From: Candidatus Iainarchaeum sp.
GTDB lineage: Archaea > Iainarchaeota > Iainarchaeia > Iainarchaeales > DTGL01
Reading direction: 5' to 3'
NCBI GenBank assembly: GCA_038736825.1
Contig: JAVYME010000001.1
Span: 42,708 to 74,707, forward strand
DNA length: 32,000 nt
In this document: positions 25,170 to 32,000 of the stretch, one piece after another
How the letters are laid out: the number at the start of each line of letters is the position of its first letter
How positions within the stretch are numbered: position 1 is the first letter of the stretch
Position numbers and translations under genes: made by a program
The notes under the pieces: generated by a model
What the model was told of the DNA's origin: nothing
The model's input: the letters and a program-made list of their open reading frames with translations, nothing else
Databases searched by the model: none

Positions 25170-25283
25170 CCCGCCTTAGCATAGTAGCTAATGCGTCCGG
25201 CTGTAGACTCCAAAAACAACAGAAGGCCTTGTTATGGTCTGGCTGTTACCGGAAGATCCCCGGTGCAACTCCGGGAGGCGGGA
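25170..25283 (+). tRNA. tRNA-Tyr (anticodon GUA) with a 41-nt intron at 37/38 and atypical D- and T-loops
   Basis: The C1:G72 acceptor is CCCGCCU/AGGCGGG with A73. The D arm is GCAU-AGUAGCUA-AUGC. The anticodon stem is UCCGG/CCGGA, with GUA at 25203-25205. The T arm is CCCGG-UGCAACU-CCGGG. The intron is about 25207..25247. Confidence 0.75.
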
Positions 25284-25345
25284 TTTATTACACATTTTTT
25301 TGTATTATACGCGGCTTTTTAAATAATTATGTGTAATAACTACTT

Positions 25346-26278
25346 ATGGCTTATTTAGCAAAACAGAGGAAAGGCAAAAACACTTACTACTACTTAGCCG
25401 AAGTAATTCAAATAGCCAAAGGCAGAAGAAAACAACTAAGAAAATACCTTGGCAAAAAAAAGCCTTCAGAAACAAAATTGCAAGTGCTAATGACAAAATT
25501 TGAGGAAGAAGTTGAAAAGGAAAAAATCAAACTACATGGCTTCCACTATCTGACATCTGATGAAATAAAAGAGATTGATGAAATCAATAAAGGATTTTGG
25601 CAAAGGTACAAAAGACAGAATAAAACTGTGCAGGAACAGTTTGACCAGAACTTTGTAATGGCATTTGTTTTCAACTCAAATTCAATTGAAGGCTCTACTT
25701 TAACACCAAAAGAAGTGGAACTGCTTCTGAAAGAAAACATTGCGCCAAACAAGCCACTTGAGGACGTGCTCGAAGCAAAAAACGCGGAAAAAACACTAAA
25801 CTTCGTAAAAGGCGCTAAAGAAGAATTAACAGAAAAATTCTTGCTGAAAGTGCATGAAATTTATTTTAAGGAAACCAAGCCCGATATTGCAGGCAAATAC
25901 AAAACAGCGCAAAACAGGATAACCGGCTCTGCATTTGAAACCACGCCGCCAAAATTTGTGCCAACAGACATGAAATTGTACTTTAAAGAGTATGAAAAAC
26001 TCAGAAAAGAATTGCATCCGCTGGAGCTTGCTGCTTGGACACACTGGAAACTTGTGAGAATACACCCATTTCAGGATGGAAATGGCAGAACAGCAAGAAT
26101 AATAATGAATTTTATCCTGCACAAAAATGGCTACGCAATGATTGACATAAAAACAAAAGAAAAACAGCAATATTTCAATGCACTCGAAAAATGCCATTAC
26201 AAAAACAATGCACGGACACTGGCAATAAGGCTTGTCAGGAGATTCAAAAAGCAATACCAGAATGCGTTGAAAGAGTGA
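25346..26278 (+). CDS. Fic-domain protein (probable AMPylase) with an intramolecular inhibitory motif
   Basis: The Fic motif HPFQDGNGRTAR lies at 26063-26098. An upstream SNSIEG at 25676-25693 fits (S/T)xxxE(G/N). Confidence 0.9.
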   Translation: MAYLAKQRKGKNTYYYLAEVIQIAKGRRKQLRKYLGKKKPSETKLQVLMTKFEEEVEKEKIKLHGFHYLTSDEIKEIDEINKGFWQRYKRQNKTVQEQFDQNFVMAFVFNSNSIEGSTLTPKEVELLLKENIAPNKPLEDVLEAKNAEKTLNFVKGAKEELTEKFLLKVHEIYFKETKPDIAGKYKTAQNRITGSAFETTPPKFVPTDMKLYFKEYEKLRKELHPLELAAWTHWKLVRIHPFQDGNGRTARIIMNFILHKNGYAMIDIKTKEKQQYFNALEKCHYKNNARTLAIRLVRRFKKQYQNALKE

Positions 26279-26303
26279 GAATTACACCGGTATAGCAGTG
26301 TTG

Positions 26304-26326
26304 AAAGGCTGAATTCAAAGCCTTTT
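26304..26326. terminator. hairpin plus T-run between convergent genes
   Basis: AAAGGCT-GAATTCAA-AGCCTTT forms a 7-bp stem and is followed by T. It lies between the Fic stop (26278) and the SemiSWEET stop (26325). Confidence 0.4.
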
Positions 26327-26579
26327 ATCCCTGCTTTATTTTCAAGAATAAAATAAAGAGAGCCAAGAGCAATGTCACAATGTTGGCGGCAAGCAAGGGC
26401 AGAGAGTTTATGATGAAACCATAAACCACCCAACAAAAAACCCCCAAAACAAACAAAATGTACATTGGAAGGCTGATGTCCCTTGTGGACTTTGTTTTCC
26501 AAGCCTTTACAGCCTGTGGAAGGAAAGAAATTGTAGTGAGAAAACCAGCTGCAAAGCCAAGCAATTCCGGAGAAAACAT
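26325..26579 (-). CDS. SemiSWEET / PQ-loop family transporter (84 aa, 3 TM)
   Basis: The PQ motif is ISFLPQAVKAWKTKST. Three hydrophobic helices and the length are typical of SemiSWEETs. Confidence 0.8.
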   Translation of the reverse strand: MFSPELLGFAAGFLTTISFLPQAVKAWKTKSTRDISLPMYILFVLGVFCWVVYGFIINSLPLLAANIVTLLLALFILFLKIKQG

Positions 26580-26817
26580 GAAAGAAATAAGCGGGCAAAA
26601 TTCTAAATCATTATTGGTAGCAAAAAAACCAAAATTTTTTCCACTTTGAAGGCTGGCTTAAAAGAAAAAAAACATTTATGGGGTGTTTTGGGGTTCCTGA
26701 TAGCAATAAGTGCCTTTTTTCAGGAATCCTTATCAGCCACTCAATTGAAATGTTTGGCAATTAAAAGCAGGACTGTCTCTGCAAACATTTAAATAGTTTA
26801 ATGCTTTATCTAATATC

Positions 26818-27654
26818 ATGCGCTTGTGGGGCTGGTTTTTAGTATTCTTTGCATTTGTCACACTATTGAGTGCTTTCTTTTTTCCAGTTCTTTTCTGGTT
26901 AATGGCCATCATCCTCTTCTTTCTTGTATTGGGTTCTATAAGGATTGTCTATGAATACCAGCGCGGAGTGCTTTTCGAATTAGGGCAATACAAGGGCATG
27001 GTAAACCCCGGCTTCAACCTAATAATGCCAGTAATTCAAAGAATTGAACTCGTGGACCTCAGAGTGGATGTGGCAGATGTGCCCCAGCAATCACCAATAA
27101 CCAAAGACAATGTTTCAATAAGCGTTGATGCTGTCATATATTTCAGGGTAAGAAAAGATGAAGCCCACAAATCCATTATTGAAGTGCAAGACTACGAGTA
27201 TGCAATAAGCCAGCTAGCCCAAACAACAATGAGAAATGTAATAGGGGAAATGACTTTAGATGAAGTGTTAAGCAATAGGGATGATGTATCAAAAAAAATC
27301 CAAGAAATAGTAGACAAGGCGTCAGATCCTTGGGGCATACAAGTTGACGCAGTGGAATTAAAGCACATAGAATTGCCTGAAGGAATGAAAACAGTAATGG
27401 CAAAGGCAGCTGAAGCTGAGAGAATGAAAAGGGCGGCAATAATAAAGGCAAGCGGGGAAGCACTCGCAGCAGAGGTTGTTTCAAGGGCAGCAGAAATACT
27501 CACAGAAGTGGAAGGCGGCTTGAACCTCAGAACACTGCAAGAACTTGGCAGCATTGCCTCTGATCCCTCAAACGAAGTCATATTCTTTGTTCCATTGGAC
27601 AACTTAAAGGCAATGGAAGGCTATGGGCACAAAGCCAAGGCGGTGGACAAATAA
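26818..27654 (+). CDS. SPFH/band-7 (stomatin-like) protein
   Basis: An N-terminal TM hairpin is followed by RIVYEYQRGVLFELGQYKGMVNPGFNLIMP...TKDNVSISVDAVIYFRV...IELPEGM...AEAERMKRA. Confidence 0.9.
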   Translation: MRLWGWFLVFFAFVTLLSAFFFPVLFWLMAIILFFLVLGSIRIVYEYQRGVLFELGQYKGMVNPGFNLIMPVIQRIELVDLRVDVADVPQQSPITKDNVSISVDAVIYFRVRKDEAHKSIIEVQDYEYAISQLAQTTMRNVIGEMTLDEVLSNRDDVSKKIQEIVDKASDPWGIQVDAVELKHIELPEGMKTVMAKAAEAERMKRAAIIKASGEALAAEVVSRAAEILTEVEGGLNLRTLQELGSIASDPSNEVIFFVPLDNLKAMEGYGHKAKAVDK

Positions 27655-28457
27655 TGGCATTTGAACCAGTAATGTTCATAGTGGCATTATTGCTTTTCAT
27701 ACCAACACTCCTTGTCTTTCTTTTCATTTTTCTACTGTTGTCAATTAAAATAGTCAACCAATACGAGAGAGGAGTAAAATTCACTTTGGGCAGGTATAGC
27801 GGAATAATGAATCCCGGCCTTAATATTGTTCTTCCAGTAGTGCAGTCCTGGCAGAAAACAGACATAAGGACAACAGTAATAGACGTGCCAAAACAGGACA
27901 TAATGACAAAAGACAATGTTTCAGCAATCATAAACGCTGTTGTTTATTACAAGGTAAGCGATCCAAAAATGGCTGTCTTGGAAGTCAAAAACTACCGTTA
28001 TGCTGTAAGCCAGATATCGCAAACCACCATGCGAGAGGTAATAGGCGAAGTAAGCTTGGACGAACTGCTTGCAAACAGGGACAAAATTGCCAAAAGAATA
28101 AGAGAAATACTGGACAAAATGACAGACCCTTGGGGCATAAAAGTTGAATCAGTTGACTTAAAAGAAATAATTTTGCCGGACAGCCTTGTAAGGATTATTT
28201 CAAAAGAAGCTGAAGCTGAAAGAGAGAAAAGAGCAATAGTTTTAAGGGCGCAAGGAGAGCTTGAATCCGCAAAAAACCTCAGAAAGGCAACCCTAGAGCT
28301 GACAAGAACGCCTGGCGGAATGCACTTGCGCACCCTGCAAACAATCCATTCCTTGAGCACAGAGAAAAGCAAAACAATAGTTTACACAGTGCCATCAGAA
28401 CTGTTAAAGCAAATCAATGTAAAATTCGTGGACATAGCGAAAAAAATACTGAAATAA
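27654..28457 (+). CDS. SPFH/band-7 (stomatin-like) protein, tandem paralogue
   Basis: KIVNQYERGVKFTLGRYSGIMNPGLNIVLP...TKDNVSAIINAVVYYKV...AEAEREKRA. The start overlaps the upstream stop (TAATG). Confidence 0.9.
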   Translation: MAFEPVMFIVALLLFIPTLLVFLFIFLLLSIKIVNQYERGVKFTLGRYSGIMNPGLNIVLPVVQSWQKTDIRTTVIDVPKQDIMTKDNVSAIINAVVYYKVSDPKMAVLEVKNYRYAVSQISQTTMREVIGEVSLDELLANRDKIAKRIREILDKMTDPWGIKVESVDLKEIILPDSLVRIISKEAEAEREKRAIVLRAQGELESAKNLRKATLELTRTPGGMHLRTLQTIHSLSTEKSKTIVYTVPSELLKQINVKFVDIAKKILK

Positions 28458-28475
28458 GCCAGCCAAAAAAAACTC

Positions 28476-29591
28476 TTACCTTGTTTCCACCAATTCTATT
28501 ATTTGCGTGTTAAAACTGGATTGTATTTGCTCTAAGCCCTGTATTTGCATTACATTCGTGCAAAAAGTGATTGCTTCACCGCGCTTGCCAAACCTTGCAG
28601 TCCTGCCAATCCTGTGCACATAGGTTTCCTTTTCTTTTGGAAAATCAAAATTGATTATGTGCGAAATGCCCTGTATGTCCATTCCCCTTGCAAGCAAATC
28701 CGTTGTGATAAGCACTGGAATTTTGTCCGAGCGAAAGCCATCCATTATGCTCTGGCGTGCTTTTTGCTCTAATCCGCCATGAATTGAGCGCGCTGGAATT
28801 CCAAGCAGGCTCAACTGCTTTGAAAGCCATTCCGCTGTCCTGCGAGTGCTGCAAAACACAAGGCATTTTTTCATTTCCTTGTCTTGAATTAGCGCTGCAA
28901 GAATGGAAACCCGCTTTTTTGGTTCGACATTAATGTAAAACTGGCTTATTTCATCCACTGCAACCTTTTCCTGGGAAACATTGACAAAAACCCTTTCCAA
29001 ACGCAAATGTTGTTCTGTTAAAGCCAGAATTTCATCGGAAATAGTTGCAGAAAAAAGCATTTTCTGGCATTGCTTTGGGCACCTTGCAAGAATGAATTCT
29101 ATGTCTTGCCTGAAGCCCATGTCAAACATTTTGTCAGCTTCATCCAAAACAACAAATTTCACTCCTTCAAGTGAAATCAATCCCCTGTTCATCAAATCAA
29201 TCAGCCTTCCAGGAGTGGCAACAACAACATGCTGGCCTTTTTGAAGGAGAGAGCGCTGTGCGTTAATGCTTTGCCCGCCATAAACTGCAATGCAAAAAAT
29301 GTTTTGTCCTTTTGCAAGCGCATAGAATTCCTTTTGCACTTGGTTGGCGAGCTCGCGAGTGGGAACCAAAACAAGCGCCTGGATTTGGCTTTTCTGCATT
29401 GCAAGTTTTTCCAGCAATGGAATCGCGAAAGCCGCGGTTTTGCCTGTGCCGGTGCGCGCTTGCACTATGGCATCTTTTCCCTCCAAAATCACTGGAATTG
29501 TTTTCTCTTGCACTTCAGACGGCTTTGCATAGCCCTTTGCTTTTATTGCGTGAACCAGCCTGTCGTTTAATTTTAAATCACTAAAACCCAT
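28476..29591 (-). CDS. DEAD-box ATP-dependent RNA helicase (minimal two-RecA core)
   Basis: The Q-motif region reads GYAKPSEVQ. Motif I is AQARTGTGKTAAF, motif II is VLDEAD and motif III is SAT. Motif VI is HRIGRTARFG. The ATG is at 29591, and the ORF extends to a TTG at 29630. Confidence 0.95.
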   Translation of the reverse strand: MGFSDLKLNDRLVHAIKAKGYAKPSEVQEKTIPVILEGKDAIVQARTGTGKTAAFAIPLLEKLAMQKSQIQALVLVPTRELANQVQKEFYALAKGQNIFCIAVYGGQSINAQRSLLQKGQHVVVATPGRLIDLMNRGLISLEGVKFVVLDEADKMFDMGFRQDIEFILARCPKQCQKMLFSATISDEILALTEQHLRLERVFVNVSQEKVAVDEISQFYINVEPKKRVSILAALIQDKEMKKCLVFCSTRRTAEWLSKQLSLLGIPARSIHGGLEQKARQSIMDGFRSDKIPVLITTDLLARGMDIQGISHIINFDFPKEKETYVHRIGRTARFGKRGEAITFCTNVMQIQGLEQIQSSFNTQIIELVETR

Positions 29592-29630
29592 TCTAATCAC
29601 TCTTTTTGAATTACAATCAAAGAAAGGCAA

Positions 29631-29689
29631 AAGTTAACGTTTCACTGCAAAAGCAGTGTCCTTTTCAGTTAAGAAAATCAGGTTAACTT
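29631..29689. promoter_or_regulatory. nested inverted repeats upstream of the DEAD-box helicase gene
   Basis: The outer repeat is AAGTTAAC (29631-29638) with GTTAACTT (29682-29689). It encloses the perfect hairpin CACTGC-AAAA-GCAGTG (29643-29658). Confidence 0.35.
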
Positions 29690-29859
29690 GACATAACTCT
29701 TTCTTCAACATAATAATTTTCATGCAACACAATTAAAAAAAGAGAGGTAAATGCAAAAAGAAAAGAATGCCTTTTTTAAAACCTTTCACAAAAAATAATT
29801 AGCTTTTGAGCCCTTTCAAGGTTTTGCAAAGGCTTTTGGTTTTTTTGTGGGGTTGGAAA

Positions 29860-30528
29860 ATGGGTTTTGGAAAAATAATTGGATTGATTGTATTGCTGGG
29901 AATACTGGCAATTGCGGTTTTGGCTTTCCTTGGCTTTTTGCCAGTGGTGTCAGACTTGATTGGCACTGCAAAGCCAAAGGATTTGGGTGTAAGGTACAGT
30001 GAAGCAGACTACCAGAGTGGCTTGGCTAAAATGAAAGGGCATTCAGTGAAAAACGCAGAATACTTGTGTATAACCTGCGATTATGTTTCCAAAGGCAGCA
30101 TTCCAGCAGAAGGCACTTTCACACAGGAAGAGTTTACAGCGCAAATGAACAAAATGAACTCCAAAAAAGGCCCATTAAAAGACATTCAAGTCAAATTCAA
30201 TGCAGATGGTTCAATGGAGGCATCTGGCAGGATAACAGATCCAAGGCTGACGACAACGGTTTACATAAAGGGCAGGATTGCCTCTTATTCCCAGAAAAGC
30301 GTCAGGCTTTCACTTGAAAAAATAGAGGCAAGCCAGGTGGCTCTCTCAGGCGAGCAAGCAGAGCAAGTGCAAGGCATAGTGAATGGCGCAATATCGGATT
30401 TTTTCAATAAAAACCCCGGCTTGAGCATAGAATCGCTTTCAATAGGCAATGGTTCAATTCATTTCAAGGGAACTTTTCCTCAAGAAATAGAGGGAAACCC
30501 GAATGTTGTGCCAAAGGAAATCGCTTGA
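29860..30528 (+). CDS. membrane-anchored or secreted protein (hypothetical, 222 aa)
   Basis: ORF from a TTG at 29806, with the first ATG at 29860 (MGFGKIIGLIVLLGILAIAVLAFLGFL...). One N-terminal TM helix is followed by a soluble domain. Confidence 0.6.
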   Translation: MGFGKIIGLIVLLGILAIAVLAFLGFLPVVSDLIGTAKPKDLGVRYSEADYQSGLAKMKGHSVKNAEYLCITCDYVSKGSIPAEGTFTQEEFTAQMNKMNSKKGPLKDIQVKFNADGSMEASGRITDPRLTTTVYIKGRIASYSQKSVRLSLEKIEASQVALSGEQAEQVQGIVNGAISDFFNKNPGLSIESLSIGNGSIHFKGTFPQEIEGNPNVVPKEIA

Positions 30529-30604
30529 GCCCTAAAAAAACATGGAAGCGCCTTGAACAAATCGGGCATTTATTTTTAAATCATAATATAATACAACAAT
30601 TATC

Positions 30605-30988
30605 ATGTGCCCTCATGTTGACGCCATTTTATTCAACAAAAAAGGCGTGAAAAAAATTCTCACCATTGTTTTGGACGACGGCGAGGATATTTTGAAATGC
30701 ATTCAAAAGGCAATGGAAGAGCACGGCCTCAAAGAAGTAAAGGTTGAAGACATGAGTGGCACAATGAAGGAAGGCTACATAAACTATTTTGAGGGCGGGC
30801 ATTTCGCATCAGCCAAATTCAAGGACAAACCAATACTGCGAGCAAATGGAAACTTCAAATTGTCAGGCGGTGACTTGTGGGGCACAATGCACATTTGCAC
30901 TGCGGACAAAAAGCCAATAATGGGAACTCTCATAAGAGGGCTGGCGGCAAACGGAATGGAAATAAAGGTTTCTTTTGTTCAGCTTTGA
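30605..30988 (+). CDS. PPC (DUF296) domain protein
   Basis: The pattern LDDGEDILKCIQKAMEEHGLKEV...GNFKLSGGDLWGTMHIC...GTLIRGLAANGMEIKV resembles the PPC/DUF296 fold family. Confidence 0.55.
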   Translation: MCPHVDAILFNKKGVKKILTIVLDDGEDILKCIQKAMEEHGLKEVKVEDMSGTMKEGYINYFEGGHFASAKFKDKPILRANGNFKLSGGDLWGTMHICTADKKPIMGTLIRGLAANGMEIKVSFVQL

Positions 30989-31980
30989 ACAAGCCTGCAT
31001 ATAAAAACCTTGTTTTTCAGGTTTAGCACGTGGAACTTGCCTTTTCCACTTAATTGAGCCTCAATTTCTTTTTTTGCGAGTGCCTGCAGTCTTGAATCAA
31101 ACCTGCCCCTGAGAACTATTCTGCCCGCACCAAGCGCTTTTAATCCTGCAACCAAATCCTTTTCTTTAACTTCCTTTAAAACCTCAAAACAGTTCACAAA
31201 AAAAGCGCTTTGCTGAATGGAACAAGAAGTGAAAAAATTTTCGGAAAAAACACTGAGGTTTTTTCCAAGTTTTTCCAAAAGTTCTGCTTGAAGGCGGCTT
31301 TTCACTATTGCTTCATCCAATTCCAGCAAAAATTTTTTTGGCAAGCCAGCCTCTATGAAGGGCTTTGGCTTCAGGGATTGTGATTCAATTATTTCTCCAG
31401 CCGGCAGCGAAACAGCAGACCTCTCGCATTTTTTGAGGGAACCGAAATAGAGTGAAACACAGTTCAGCTCTCCATTAAGTGAAATGTATTCGCGCTCGCA
31501 ATTGAAAGGAATCTCTTCAGGCGAAAGCTCTCGCGAAACCTCTATGCAAAAATCTTCTATTTTGTTTTTTTCAAGGAAACGCACAAGCTGTTTTGTGCTG
31601 GGCTTGGTTTCATCCAAGCCCTTGACCCGGCGGTCTTTTGTGCGGCGGGAGGGGTCAGCAAAGGCAATTTCCACATTAAGGGATTTCAGGTTGACGTCAA
31701 AACAGTCAGAGTTTAAGAATTCAATGTTTTCAATCTTTTCCGCTTCAGCATTTTTTTTCGCGCACTCCAAGACATTTTTGTCGGTTTCAACTGCAAAAAC
31801 CTTTTCACAGTTTTTTGCAAGGGCAATGGCATCCACTCCAATGCCACAACACAAATCAATTGCCGCACAGCACTTTAGGCGTTTTGCCCTGTAAAAAGCA
31901 ATAGTTTTTGGTGTTGCCTGTTCCAGAGAGGAATGCGAAGGAAAAAACAGTTTTTCAGTGTTTTCTTTCAAGGACACCAC
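30979..31980 (-). CDS. class I SAM-dependent methyltransferase (RNA methyltransferase-like, with a C-terminal extension)
   Basis: GTG start. Motif I is AIDLCCGIGVDAIALA, followed by acidic VFAVETD. Motif IV-like is AFADPSRR. An extra C-terminal domain of about 190 aa is present. Confidence 0.75.
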   Translation of the reverse strand: MVSLKENTEKLFFPSHSSLEQATPKTIAFYRAKRLKCCAAIDLCCGIGVDAIALAKNCEKVFAVETDKNVLECAKKNAEAEKIENIEFLNSDCFDVNLKSLNVEIAFADPSRRTKDRRVKGLDETKPSTKQLVRFLEKNKIEDFCIEVSRELSPEEIPFNCEREYISLNGELNCVSLYFGSLKKCERSAVSLPAGEIIESQSLKPKPFIEAGLPKKFLLELDEAIVKSRLQAELLEKLGKNLSVFSENFFTSCSIQQSAFFVNCFEVLKEVKEKDLVAGLKALGAGRIVLRGRFDSRLQALAKKEIEAQLSGKGKFHVLNLKNKVFICRLVQS

Positions 31981-32000
31981 TCACTTTTTGGCTCTTACTC

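Noticed and set aside
26410-26476. C/D-box sRNA-like pattern (AUGAUGA ... CUGA, about 67 nt apart)
   Set aside because: It lies entirely inside, and antisense to, the well-supported SemiSWEET CDS. There are no internal C'/D' boxes and no terminal stem.
26694-26726. 7-bp inverted repeat TTCCTGA...TCAGGAA with a 19-nt loop, between the SemiSWEET and SPFH genes
   Set aside because: The stem is short and the loop large, in a divergent promoter region. This is not distinguishable from chance.
1-32000. CRISPR arrays, IS elements, integrases and prophage or defence-island signatures
   Set aside because: No regularly spaced direct repeats, no transposase, recombinase or Cas-like motifs, and no long terminal inverted repeats were seen on either strand.

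Overview
This is a low-GC, tightly packed archaeal chromosomal segment. The lineage guess is DPANN-like. That is an inference from BHB-type tRNA introns, archaeal PolB, type-2 MetAP, TATA-box leaderless starts and many tiny membrane proteins. I call about 38 protein genes, 8 tRNA genes and one candidate SRP (7S) RNA. All 8 tRNAs are on the + strand, and 4 carry introns at position 37/38. Confident housekeeping calls are family-B DNA polymerase, methionine aminopeptidase, histidyl-tRNA synthetase, a DEAD-box helicase, a class I/II aminotransferase and a gamma-carbonic-anhydrase-like LbH protein. Other confident calls are a PAP2 phosphatase, a Fic protein, a SemiSWEET, two tandem SPFH/stomatin paralogues, a PAS protein, an ArsR-type regulator and a SAM methyltransferase. 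No CRISPR array, transposase, integrase or rRNA was seen. The items most worth a second look are listed here.
1. At 194-5212, five mini-membrane proteins sit beside a HerA/VirB4-like P-loop protein with a degenerate Walker A, plus two coiled-coil proteins.
2. Two paralogous LAGLIDADG genes each read into a tRNA gene, and one copy is decayed.
3. Several protein genes start 1-28 nt after a same-strand tRNA 3' end, including tRNA-His followed by hisS. This suggests tRNA-punctuated leaderless mRNAs.
4. PolB has His at the steric-gate Tyr position of motif A.
5. An RpiA-like protein lacks the catalytic Lys/Gly loop.
6. tRNA-Tyr has a non-canonical D-loop and T-loop.
All functional calls come from motif recognition by eye. 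No searches were run.
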